A stretch of DNA of 64,000 nucleotides from a virus (Duplodnaviria > Caudoviricetes): IMG/VR virus record IMGVR_UViG_2744054987_000003, positions 83,518-147,517 of that record; one strand, 5' to 3'. The position numbers and the translations under genes were made by a program. The notes below the pieces were generated by a model. The model saw only the letters and a program-made list of their open reading frames with translations, had not been told where the DNA came from and did not search any database. Positions 46,105 through 55,496 of this stretch are shown piece by piece (position 1 is the stretch's first letter; every line of letters begins with the position of its first letter).

Positions 46105-49100
46105 TTAGAGGAAAAGCCCCACGTCGTTGGCGACGTCGTTGGCAGCGATGCGCTGCGTTGACGCCGTCCGCCGAGCGGAGGCGAAACCACGGGGGATCGG
46201 GTTGCGCGGCACCGGGGCCGAAGCCACCTTCTGCGCGTTGGCCGCAGTGACGGCCTCCAGCAGTCGCGTACGATCCACGACGAACGCTTTGCGCATGGTC
46301 TGTGCCTGGCTTGCGATCTTCCAGCGGTCGGAGGCAGGCGCAAGACCCGCACCGATCATGGCCTCGGCGTAACGAACCGCCGCAATGCCGTCGGCTTTCG
46401 CAGCCGTCTTGTCGCCTTCGCCCGGTGCCCAAATCTGGCTATCCGAACTGAGTTCGGGGTCGGCGATGTCATCTCCGGCGTTGTGGCCGAAGTCGCCCAG
46501 GTCGAACTGGCTCGCCTGAGCGTCAGCGTCGGTCTCGTTGGAGACCGGCTTCTCCACGTCGACGCGGCCCTGCGGCGCTGCGACTTCCAGCGACTCGGAC
46601 TCGGCTTGACGCTTCATACTCTTTCTGGCTTGACGCAGTGCCACGCCCAGCGACGGGTAGAGCTGCTCGACAGGAACGCCGTTGGCGGCAGCCCAGCGAG
46701 CGGCCTGACGCCGCAGCCAGTTCGGGTTGTGCTGAGCCGCAGTGCGCCCGGTGGCGTTGCGCAACCAGGCGTCAAAGGCGGCGAACACCTTCTTGGAGGC
46801 GTCTTTGGGCTGCGTCTCCACGTCGTCGAGAGCGATGTTGTCGAAGTCATCGCCCCGCAGGCTCTGGTCGTCGGTGCCGCTCAACTCCGGGTTGACGGTG
46901 TCGGCCTGCTCAACGGCGTCGGCCAGCTTCAGTCCGACAGCGGCGAAGAACTTGCGCGGGCTGAACCGAGGGTTCTCGGCCTTGAACACCTGCGCGAATT
47001 TCTGTGCGGCGGCGGCACGCTCGCGCGCAGGCAGCGACGCGACGAAGTCGGCGGTCTGGCGATACGGACGACGGTTGCGTGCGGTCACCTGCTGGTAGGC
47101 GCGGATGTCACGCTGAAGGTCGGCGCTCTTGGCGCGGATCGAGGCCACCAAGTTGTTCTCGGTGTTACTGATCGTGCCGTCACCCGGCGAAGGTGCGACC
47201 AGCGACTCGGAGTCGGGGGTCTGCGAGATGTACAGCTCCTCGGCGTCGCCCTCGTTGTTCTCTCCGAACGGGCCGCCGTCGGTGTGTCCACTGTCGTCGG
47301 CGAAGTGCTTCCGGCCGCGCGCAGCCTTGGCAACCCGGTGACGCTCGCTGAGGCTCATTGGCTGTCCTTTCGTCTTTCCCTTATTCCGGTTGCGACGGCG
47401 GTTGCGCGCTGCGCGCCGCCGAGCCTCACGGTTGCCCTCCCACGGCGGGAGGTCGTCATCGCCGTCCTGATCGATCACGGCATCCGCGTCGCCGTCGCCG
47501 TCGGCGTCCACGACAACGTCGTCATCAGAACCCGAGTCGTCGTCGTCATCACTGTCGTCGTCGTCGGAATCCGAGTCGTCCGAGTCGTCGTCGTCAGCAC
47601 CGGCGTAGTCGTCGTCGGTGTCGCCCTCGGGGTCCAGATCGTTGTCCCCGTCGTCGTCGGGATCGATCAGTTCCTCCAGCGCGTCCAGCTCGGCGTCGTC
47701 GGCTGCGCGCTTGCGCTGAGCGGTGCGAGTGCGGGCCATGGTCGTCCTCCTCGGTGGGGCGTCCTCGAAATCGGCGTCACCTTTTATGTCGCCAAGGTTT
47801 TCCACCAGGCGGTCCTGGTCTAGACCGTCCTGTTCTTGCTCGTCGTCGAACTGCTTCACACGACCGAGATCGGGGCCGGTAAATTCGTCCGGCGAGGGCA
47901 GGTAATGCTCGAATGGGTTTTCCTGCGGATTGCTGGGGGAGTTCAAGTCGACCGGCTCCACGAAGTCGTAGTCATCGATGCTGTCGTTCTCGTCGTTGCG
48001 CATCGTGTCGATGTCTTCGGGAATCTCTGTCTCCCCGTAGGCATGATGGGTCAGAACCCCGATTCGTCCCTTGCCGGTCGGACTCCAGCCGTGTCCCTGT
48101 CCAGGTGCCACCGACTCCCTGCCGGGAATAACGTTGCCGGAGGGGTCGATCTCACTGTTGATGACCGCAGGGATAAAAGCATCAAGCTGATCTTGCGGAT
48201 TGTTGATGTTGCCGCTGGGGTTGTACCTGTTGAAGGTAGAGGGCACATATTGCAGCAGGCCCTGAGCCGGGGTGCCATTGGCCATGTTGGTGTCCCAGAC
48301 CTCTTGAGTACGTGGCCTACCGCCTGTCTCCTGGTCGATCTGCTTGACCATGAGATCAGCCCAATTGCCGTAAGAGTCTTTCGGAATACCGAACTGGGGT
48401 CCGAGTCGTTCAAGGCTGTTCATCGCCTTGCCGCGCCACTGCTCGGCCCCTGCACTCGGGGAGTAGTCAGACGGCAGAGAGCTACTAGACGAACTGCCGC
48501 CGTTGACGCTGGGTGCATAGTGCAGGCCGCCACCGCCGACGCCTCCCCCGGCAAAGCCTTTATCCGCCATGGGGCCGGAGTGGAAAGCGTCATACATGTC
48601 TCGGTAGGGGTCACCAGTGGAGCCGCCGGTGCCCTTGTTGTTGTCGATGGTTCCCTGGCCGACCGTGACGTTGGGGGTCTTCGACGTTGAAGACGTTTCA
48701 GTGCAGCCAACCTCGCCGGGCGGGCAGTCTGCGGTACGTCTGTTATTGGCGACCATGATCCGGCTGACGACCGCAGTCTCGTCAGCGGGATCGAACACGT
48801 ACGACAGCTCGAAGAACCCGAGTTTGTAGCAGTTATGGACCGCCATACCTTCGGCCACATAGGTGTGGGTGTCGGCGACCTCCATGTTGTACACAGGACC
48901 GCTGTAGGGAATGGTGTCGACCTCACTGACCCGAACGAAGGTCCAGGGGCCGTATGAAAGTCGCCCTATCTTCTTCTGGTCCGAGCTGCCATACCCAACA
49001 ACGTGCTGAGGCAGCCATGTAGCCGGATTCTTGCCGGGGTATTCGTAGTCAGGACGTACCTGCTTTGTGCTGTGATAGGGGGTGTTCCCCAGCATGACGT

Positions 49101-50532
49101 GAATGGTGTAGATCTGCTCGGCCAGCTTGGGTGAGCAGGTGAAGTGTTTGTGCCCATGACGCTCGATGAACTTGGCAACGTGCAGGCCGTCACCGGCCTC
49201 GTGTCCCGTAACGACTCCGCGCAAGAACTCGATGGAGGCCGACATGAACTTGTCGGGCAGCGCCTTGTTAGCTGCCCCAACGCCGAAGTGCGCCAGCAGC
49301 TGGGCCAGCGGGGACGAGAAGATGGTGACAGTTCGCCCACCGTTATGCTCACGGTGGGTGATGGATGCCAGCCCCAAAGTGTTACGAGCGAACTTGTCGA
49401 CGAACTCGGCCAGATCGGTCTCGTCCTCATGGAAAGCGAAGTCTGTTTGGGTGAGCGCCTTATTGGTCGACCCCTCAGCCAGGAACAGACCGATGAATTG
49501 CCCCAGGTTCTCGTCCAACTCCAAGGCGTCGGGCAGGGTATGGATCGGCTCAAAGCACGTCTCGTGCTGGCGGTCTTGTCGTGTGTAGTCGGCGGTGAGG
49601 ATCTTGGCGAAGGAGCCATCGGTCGACGGACGTGTTTCGCAGACCCAGTCCCCGACCTGAAGTTCGCGCGCCTCGACGAACTCAGGCCGAAGTCCGCCTT
49701 CCAGGCGACCGATTCGCGTCCGCGTGTCCTTACCGAAGACTGCTCCTCGGATGGCCAGTACAGGGTGATTACCAGTCATCTGAGGTGCCTGGGTCTGGTT
49801 GCTCTGGCGGCGGATACGGAAGGTGTCCTCGTTGACCAGGCGGCTCATTTTCTGGGTGACGGTGCGGGGGGTACCCAGGTGGTCAAGGACGACCTCCCCG
49901 GCCTGAATGTCTTCGACAGGTCGGGTGGTCCCGTCCCCCATGGTGATGAGGGTTCCGGCGACTAAACAGTCCTCGTAGACCAGATGCTTCTTGCCGGTCT
50001 TGGGGTCCAGCAGCTTCTTGCCCTTGTGGTTGCGAACGTGGTCGCAGAACTCGGATTCGTCTTTGGCGAGCTTGCGGCACGACGGCATTGAGCAGCGCGT
50101 CTCCCCGGCCTCCACGCCCATAGACACGGCGTCGATTCCGCCGGTACGCAATTCGTGCGCCAGTTTGGGGAAACGCTGACCGTCGGTCTCCATGACCGTC
50201 TCGATGTACTTGTCATCGCCAGCCTCGACGTAGCGCGCCGCGATGACCTTGCCGCGAGCCTTGGTGGGATCGAGGTTGTTGTGGTTGACGAAGATCGGCT
50301 TGCCGATGAAGGTCTTGTATGCCTTCTTCAACTCGCCGGAGGGCCACGCATCGAAGTTCTGGTTGACCCGAGCGCTGATGGCTCGGCACACCGAGTAGAT
50401 GAAGCCCGGCTTGGGTTTCCAGCCCTTCTCGGTGACACCGTTGGGGTCAGACCTGTAGGCAAGCATGATCTGCTTGACTGCCGAGTCGGAGAGATGACGC
50501 TGCGCCCCTACCACTTCGCGCACAGCACTCAC
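46105..50532 (-). CDS. Capsid maturation protease (with intein), SLT transglycosylase and scaffold fusion
   Basis: NQNFDAW, FIGKPIFVNH, VSMG, FFELSYVFDPAD; QETGG..GLLQYVPSTF; acidic scaffold region. Confidence 0.85.
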   Translation of the reverse strand: MSAVREVVGAQRHLSDSAVKQIMLAYRSDPNGVTEKGWKPKPGFIYSVCRAISARVNQNFDAWPSGELKKAYKTFIGKPIFVNHNNLDPTKARGKVIAARYVEAGDDKYIETVMETDGQRFPKLAHELRTGGIDAVSMGVEAGETRCSMPSCRKLAKDESEFCDHVRNHKGKKLLDPKTGKKHLVYEDCLVAGTLITMGDGTTRPVEDIQAGEVVLDHLGTPRTVTQKMSRLVNEDTFRIRRQSNQTQAPQMTGNHPVLAIRGAVFGKDTRTRIGRLEGGLRPEFVEARELQVGDWVCETRPSTDGSFAKILTADYTRQDRQHETCFEPIHTLPDALELDENLGQFIGLFLAEGSTNKALTQTDFAFHEDETDLAEFVDKFARNTLGLASITHREHNGGRTVTIFSSPLAQLLAHFGVGAANKALPDKFMSASIEFLRGVVTGHEAGDGLHVAKFIERHGHKHFTCSPKLAEQIYTIHVMLGNTPYHSTKQVRPDYEYPGKNPATWLPQHVVGYGSSDQKKIGRLSYGPWTFVRVSEVDTIPYSGPVYNMEVADTHTYVAEGMAVHNCYKLGFFELSYVFDPADETAVVSRIMVANNRRTADCPPGEVGCTETSSTSKTPNVTVGQGTIDNNKGTGGSTGDPYRDMYDAFHSGPMADKGFAGGGVGGGGLHYAPSVNGGSSSSSSLPSDYSPSAGAEQWRGKAMNSLERLGPQFGIPKDSYGNWADLMVKQIDQETGGRPRTQEVWDTNMANGTPAQGLLQYVPSTFNRYNPSGNINNPQDQLDAFIPAVINSEIDPSGNVIPGRESVAPGQGHGWSPTGKGRIGVLTHHAYGETEIPEDIDTMRNDENDSIDDYDFVEPVDLNSPSNPQENPFEHYLPSPDEFTGPDLGRVKQFDDEQEQDGLDQDRLVENLGDIKGDADFEDAPPRRTTMARTRTAQRKRAADDAELDALEELIDPDDDGDNDLDPEGDTDDDYAGADDDDSDDSDSDDDDSDDDDDSGSDDDVVVDADGDGDADAVIDQDGDDDLPPWEGNREARRRAARNRRRNRNKGKTKGQPMSLSERHRVAKAARGRKHFADDSGHTDGGPFGENNEGDAEELYISQTPDSESLVAPSPGDGTISNTENNLVASIRAKSADLQRDIRAYQQVTARNRRPYRQTADFVASLPARERAAAAQKFAQVFKAENPRFSPRKFFAAVGLKLADAVEQADTVNPELSGTDDQSLRGDDFDNIALDDVETQPKDASKKVFAAFDAWLRNATGRTAAQHNPNWLRRQAARWAAANGVPVEQLYPSLGVALRQARKSMKRQAESESLEVAAPQGRVDVEKPVSNETDADAQASQFDLGDFGHNAGDDIADPELSSDSQIWAPGEGDKTAAKADGIAAVRYAEAMIGAGLAPASDRWKIASQAQTMRKAFVVDRTRLLEAVTAANAQKVASAPVPRNPIPRGFASARRTASTQRIAANDVANDVGLFL
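48832..49968 (-). mobile_element. Intein with LAGLIDADG homing endonuclease (379 aa)
   Basis: CLVAGTLI, TGNHP, FIGLFLAEG, GHEAGDG, VYNMEV..HTYVAEGMAVHN|C. Confidence 0.95.
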
Positions 50533-50582
50533 AGCGTCAGTCCCTTCCCGTTATGTGTCTGCTACTTATTCACTGCACGACG

Positions 50583-53500
50583 TCAATCGACGTAGTGCGT
50601 GCCTGCCAGATCCGCTGCCGTGGGCATGTTCCGAGCACCCATGTGGTGGGTCTCGTCTTCCAGCTCACGCTGCTCTGCCGGAGAGAAATGCCGCCCGGCG
50701 GTGCGCAGCATCGATGCCGCCCGGCTGGCGATGTCGTCGTTGCTGTAGCTACCACCGGAGTTGTTGCCGCTGTCGGCCATGAATCCGCCGCCCTGCGCCT
50801 GCAACGAAGCGTGGAAGGCACGCACGACGTCGGAATGATCGTCGGTTGACTGTGCAGCCGGTGACTTGCCGGTGTAACCGAAGTCTTCCGGCGGACGATA
50901 GCCCGCCTTCTTGCGCTGCTGCGGCGGCTCACCGTATTTGGTGATGCCGTCGTCGTCGCCAAGGTCGGTGACGTCCACGAAGTTCGGACGCTCGTGTTTG
51001 TCGACATAGGCTTCCGAGGTCGACCACTGCGGCTTGGGGGCCGGACCAGAACCGTGGTACGGCTCGTCAAGATAGTTCTGGTACCAGTTGGTCTCCGGGC
51101 TGTTCCTTGCTGCACCGGTGATGTGGGCGACGATCTGGTCGGCGTCCACGCCACGGTCGCGCAGCTCCTCGACAACGTCGCGCACCTTGTCGTTGTGCTC
51201 TTTCATGTGACCCAAAGGCGGGTCATCGCACGACAGGTCGCGCAGTTCTTCCAGCAGGTCGGCCGTGTGAATGCTGCCGGTGTGCGGGGTCGAAGTCAGA
51301 CCAGGCGGGCGTGGCACCTCACCGCCACTGCCGCCGAGCACGCCTGCGCCGATGCCTCCCCAGCCGGGGATCGCCTGCTGGATCAGTTCGGGGATCGCCG
51401 GGATGTGCAGACCGATACCAGCACCAGGATTGAAGCTGGTGCCGCCACCGAAGCCCGGAATCGAAGGTCCGCCACCGAAGCTCGGACGTCCAGTTCCCTG
51501 GTTAGCCGGAGAGCCTGGCGACGATGGATCGTTGGCCACGGTCTGCGAGTCAGGCATTCCGCCTGACGGTGCAGGACCGTCATCCTCGAAGTCCTCGGCG
51601 AAGAAGTAGCGACCGCTGGTCTTGCCGGGGTTCAGCGCGCTCGGCGCGGGAGGCAGATCCGGCGCTGTCAGGCCCGTGCCGCCAGCACTGTTTCCGGGTC
51701 CGGGACTGCCGCCCCCTGTGAGGTGTGGTGTTTCAGCAGACGAACCCGAACCCGAAGACTGGCCAGGGATCTGGATGGTGTCTCCGGCAAAAATCTTGTT
51801 GGGGTCAGAGATGATGTCTTTGTTGGCGTCAGCGAGCGCCTGGTAATTGTCGCCGAAGCCATGACTCTGAGCGATGCCGGAAAGTGTGTCGCCCGGCTGG
51901 ATTTTGTACTTGTCGCCGCCTGCGCCGCCACCGGTCGGTGCGCCCAATCCAGCGCCAACACCAGACGCGCCGCCAGCATTCACATCAGGAGAGGTCTGTC
52001 CAACAGTCGATGCGGCAGCGCCACCAGCAGGGGTTCCCGACTTGGCCGGGTTGAAAGCGCCCGCGCCTCCGTCAGCGCCTCCAATACCCGGCTTCGCCGC
52101 CGGAGTCTCCATGCCGTCGATGGCTTGGGTGACATCGCTCAGCTCCGGTGTGAAGCGCGGAACGATGCTGCCCGACCCTTTGGGGCCTCCCGCGCCAGAA
52201 TCGCCGCCTTGCGGCACGCTCATCTGATCAGATAGTCCGCGAAGGCCCTGCTCCATCCAGCCGCCAGTGGCACGATCGGCATCTTGCTGGGACATCTCAG
52301 GGCCAATGGTGCCGTTGGCTCGGTCCCGAGCTGCACGGTCTGCCTGGTTTTCTTCCGGGGTGTGGCTGTACCAGCCGGGTGCCGCGTGATGCTGCATCGC
52401 CATGATCTGGCCGGGGCCGGTGGTCTTGCGGTCGTCCTCGCAGACATCAACGAAGGTCTGCTTGTCGTCGTCATCGTCGGACGGCATGATCAGATCCGGG
52501 GTGATGCTGCCGCCGTCAGAGAACAGCGCATCCGGCCAGTTCTGTCCCATCGGGTCGGAGTAGTCGCGGATCTCCTTGCGCTCCGGGTTGTCGGCCAGGA
52601 AGGTGTAGAGCTTGGCGACGTCGGCGTCATCGAGTCCGGGGTTCTGATCAACGAACTCGGTGATCGAACCGATGTCGGTGACAGCCTTGTTGTCTTTGGC
52701 CCACTTCTTGTAGTCGTCAACAACGTCGGCGGTGTGGATGCTGGCGGCGCGCTGATGAACCGGACGGCCCCTGTGATGGCGTGCCTGGAGTTCCCAGTAG
52801 GACGCCAGCCCGTGGCTGCACAGACGTCCAACTTTGGTCTGGCGGTTGTAGGCCCATTTGCCCCACGGGCAGTCGCAGAACCACGAGGCGATTGACTGAC
52901 CGCCCTTGTAGTTGCCGAACGAGCTGCCTTTTTTGATCAGGCAGTCGTAGGTGCCGTGGTCGCCGTCAACACTGGTGAAGATGCTGTCGGGACTGGCCTC
53001 TTTGACGTGCACGCGCCCCTCGCGACGCAGTCGCTTGGCCTTGGCCTGTACGTCATCCCACGCGGCCTCACGCAGCTGCTTATTGCCTTCGATGAGCAGT
53101 CCGTACTGCTCCATGTCAGGATCGTGACCTCCAGCATGGATGCTGGCCTGACGCTGGATCTCGCGGATGGGGTCATCGCGGAATCGTTGCACCGGGTCGT
53201 TGAAGTGATCGGCGCGGGCCTCCAGCATCCAGGTTGCATAGCGCGGGTCCATGTCTAGCGACGCGATCGACTGCAGCGATGCCCCTGCAGCGGTGGACGT
53301 GCCCGGCGAGGTGTCGAAATTGTCGGTGACTGCGGTGTCGCCCGCACCGGGAATGGTGGCCGAGGGACCACCGATCGACGCCGAGGCAGTGTCGGGCACC
53401 GCCGGGGTCGGCATCGAGATCGGCTGATTGTCGGCGCGACGATACGACGACAGGTGGTGCAGTTCGATGTCGTCGTCGTAATCGCGCTCGGGTGCTTCGT

Positions 53501-54017
53501 GGGCGTCGTGCTCCTCACGCAGCAGCGTGCGGTAATCCTCCGGCGACAGATACGGCGAGTGCTCGGCGCTTTTGGCGAACAGGTCCGGGTTCGGGCCTGG
53601 CTCATCCGATTCGGGGTGGCTGTCGAAGCTCAGCGAGTTGGCGTCGTTGTTGAGTCGTTCGTCGGCGTCGAGCGGGTACTCACCGGGCTGTTGGGTCTGT
53701 TCGGTGTTGAACATCTCGCTCGGGTACTGCGGCGTCGGGTCATAGGGCAGGGTGACCGAGTTGTCTTCGTCGATCTCCCGGTCGGCGTAGCGTGCACCCT
53801 CGCGGTAGTAGTCCGGTCCCAGCGGGTGCGCGATCTCCTGCTCGTTCTCGGTCTCTTTGCCCTCTTGGCCGTACGTCGGCTTCTGACCGGCCTCACGAAC
53901 GTCGGTGGCGTCGAACCACGCCTTGAATCCGTTGCCCGCCACGAGCAGTTGGGTCCGGCCCCGAACACGGTCGCGCTCGACAACTTCGCCGATCCCATGT
54001 GCAGTGTGGACAAGCAT
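50583..54017 (-). CDS. Large head-associated protein with SWIM Zn finger and LysM domain
   Basis: CDCPW...LCSH; YKIQPGDTLSGIA...NKIFAGDTIQIP. Confidence 0.8.
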   Translation of the reverse strand: MLVHTAHGIGEVVERDRVRGRTQLLVAGNGFKAWFDATDVREAGQKPTYGQEGKETENEQEIAHPLGPDYYREGARYADREIDEDNSVTLPYDPTPQYPSEMFNTEQTQQPGEYPLDADERLNNDANSLSFDSHPESDEPGPNPDLFAKSAEHSPYLSPEDYRTLLREEHDAHEAPERDYDDDIELHHLSSYRRADNQPISMPTPAVPDTASASIGGPSATIPGAGDTAVTDNFDTSPGTSTAAGASLQSIASLDMDPRYATWMLEARADHFNDPVQRFRDDPIREIQRQASIHAGGHDPDMEQYGLLIEGNKQLREAAWDDVQAKAKRLRREGRVHVKEASPDSIFTSVDGDHGTYDCLIKKGSSFGNYKGGQSIASWFCDCPWGKWAYNRQTKVGRLCSHGLASYWELQARHHRGRPVHQRAASIHTADVVDDYKKWAKDNKAVTDIGSITEFVDQNPGLDDADVAKLYTFLADNPERKEIRDYSDPMGQNWPDALFSDGGSITPDLIMPSDDDDDKQTFVDVCEDDRKTTGPGQIMAMQHHAAPGWYSHTPEENQADRAARDRANGTIGPEMSQQDADRATGGWMEQGLRGLSDQMSVPQGGDSGAGGPKGSGSIVPRFTPELSDVTQAIDGMETPAAKPGIGGADGGAGAFNPAKSGTPAGGAAASTVGQTSPDVNAGGASGVGAGLGAPTGGGAGGDKYKIQPGDTLSGIAQSHGFGDNYQALADANKDIISDPNKIFAGDTIQIPGQSSGSGSSAETPHLTGGGSPGPGNSAGGTGLTAPDLPPAPSALNPGKTSGRYFFAEDFEDDGPAPSGGMPDSQTVANDPSSPGSPANQGTGRPSFGGGPSIPGFGGGTSFNPGAGIGLHIPAIPELIQQAIPGWGGIGAGVLGGSGGEVPRPPGLTSTPHTGSIHTADLLEELRDLSCDDPPLGHMKEHNDKVRDVVEELRDRGVDADQIVAHITGAARNSPETNWYQNYLDEPYHGSGPAPKPQWSTSEAYVDKHERPNFVDVTDLGDDDGITKYGEPPQQRKKAGYRPPEDFGYTGKSPAAQSTDDHSDVVRAFHASLQAQGGGFMADSGNNSGGSYSNDDIASRAASMLRTAGRHFSPAEQRELEDETHHMGARNMPTAADLAGTHYVD

Positions 54018-54073
54018 GTGCCGCCTCCTATAGGTGCCTCTCCCTCTTTAGGGCGGCAGGAGACGCGGACTTC

Positions 54074-54652
54074 CTAGATGTTGTCGTCGAGCAGCGGGAA
54101 GTCCATGTGCTGACCGGCCCAGTCGATTGAGATGCGGTCGAACACGATCGGGCCGGTGTAGGTCAGCTTCTGGATGGCGTAGGCAGCGGTGCAGTGGGGG
54201 ATGAAGGGTTCGTGTTGCTTGTGCATGTTGGGCAGTACCGAGCCGCAGGCTTCAACGATCTGCTGACGCAGTGGGCCGATCTCTTGCGAATCTCCAATGA
54301 GGTAGACGATGCAGGGATCGAATTTTCCGGTGGGTCCGCCATCGGGGTTGAAGATCGCATGGCCCATCACACGGGCCTCGATGGCGTGGGTGTACTGGTC
54401 GGCCACTGACGCCACAGCCCGAGCGACAGTGTCAGCGGGCAGATCGGAGACATCCTCACCGAAGTACGCCAACGTGACGTGCATATCCTCAACGGGCTCA
54501 CCACCTTCAACAACCAGGGCTTCGGCGAAATCGCGGCGCGGATACAACGCGCACATGCCGCCGGTCTGCTTAGCCTGTTCGGCATCAGCGGTGATGAGCT
54601 GATATGCCGGGTGCACCCACGCCGACGTGGAGCCGTAAAGATCCTGACTCAC
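54074..54652 (-). CDS. 2H phosphoesterase (2'-5' RNA ligase/Acb1-like)
   Basis: Paired HVTLAY and PHCTAAY motifs; GTGA coupling. Confidence 0.82.
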   Translation of the reverse strand: MSQDLYGSTSAWVHPAYQLITADAEQAKQTGGMCALYPRRDFAEALVVEGGEPVEDMHVTLAYFGEDVSDLPADTVARAVASVADQYTHAIEARVMGHAIFNPDGGPTGKFDPCIVYLIGDSQEIGPLRQQIVEACGSVLPNMHKQHEPFIPHCTAAYAIQKLTYTGPIVFDRISIDWAGQHMDFPLLDDNI

Positions 54653-54921
54653 CGTTCGACACCGCAGTACTCGGAGCCTTTGACGAAGATCGGCAGCGAG
54701 AACAGCTCGGAGTCCTCGTGTTGCCACCATTTGATCCAGTTGCGGCGCAGCTGGTGGATGTCGGCGGTGGTGACCGCCGGGTCGACTAGCAGAGGGCAGG
54801 TGACCTCGTTGAGTTCGGCTACGGCACTGTAGCCGTGGCGCTGAAGGTAGGTGGCTAGGCTGGTGGCCTGATCGGCACTGGTGACCGGAATGGTGAGATA
54901 GCAGACGTCGGTGTCGTTCAC
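54649..54921 (-). CDS. Hypothetical protein
   Basis: GAAAGG RBS, GTG start. Confidence 0.6.
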   Translation of the reverse strand: MNDTDVCYLTIPVTSADQATSLATYLQRHGYSAVAELNEVTCPLLVDPAVTTADIHQLRRNWIKWWQHEDSELFSLPIFVKGSEYCGVER

Positions 54922-54982
54922 GAGCGGGCCTTTCGTAAGCAGTGAAGTGGATGTTCAGTACTTCACTGCTGGTGGCCCGGTC

Positions 54983-55225
54983 CTATTTCTTGATGACGGT
55001 GTATCCGGCGCGGTCCATGAGTTTGAGGCTCTCCTGCGCGTTGCGCATCTTGGTGAGCTTGGATTCTCGCGGTAAATCTTCCCACGACGGGAATCGCTGC
55101 TCGAAGTCTTCGGCGCTAAGTGAGCTGGCAAGCTCGGCACGGAGCTGTTCACGAGACGCCTCCCACATGTCCCTCGTGAACTGCTGCATCGTCACCGAGG
55201 CTTGCTTCTGCGACGTCTTCGCCAT
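54983..55225 (-). CDS. Hypothetical protein
   Basis: MAKTSQKQ..FPSWEDLP. Confidence 0.55.
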   Translation of the reverse strand: MAKTSQKQASVTMQQFTRDMWEASREQLRAELASSLSAEDFEQRFPSWEDLPRESKLTKMRNAQESLKLMDRAGYTVIKK

Positions 55226-55496
55226 CCTTGATGTCTCCCGTCTGTGGCAGTCCCACAGCCGAAGGGTCATCGAGAGTGAGCGCTTCGGCCTGGGACACCA
55301 CAATGGTGCGTTTGATCCAGGCGTAGTTGCCAAGGAAGGCAACTCTGTCGAAGTCTAGACCACCCGCAGTCTTCGTCAATGCAACGAATAGCGCGGTGCG
55401 TCCCCCAGCCGCATTGAGGTCGAAGTTCTTGTAGGTGTCCCAGGCGACGGTGCCGTTGGGCAGTTTCAGTCCGTACTGGACGTGCTCTACGCCCAT
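55149..55496 (-). CDS. Hypothetical protein
   Basis: QYGLKLPNGTVAW; follows portal. Confidence 0.6.
   Translation of the reverse strand: MGVEHVQYGLKLPNGTVAWDTYKNFDLNAAGGRTALFVALTKTAGGLDFDRVAFLGNYAWIKRTIVVSQAEALTLDDPSAVGLPQTGDIKDGEDVAEASLGDDAAVHEGHVGGVS

Noticed and set aside
45501-46352. 617-aa version of the capsid ORF
   Set aside because: The extension overlaps the decoration gene in another frame; a strong RBS supports the ATG at 45500
47460-47700. GAC-rich low-complexity DNA
   Set aside because: Encodes the Asp-rich scaffold segment
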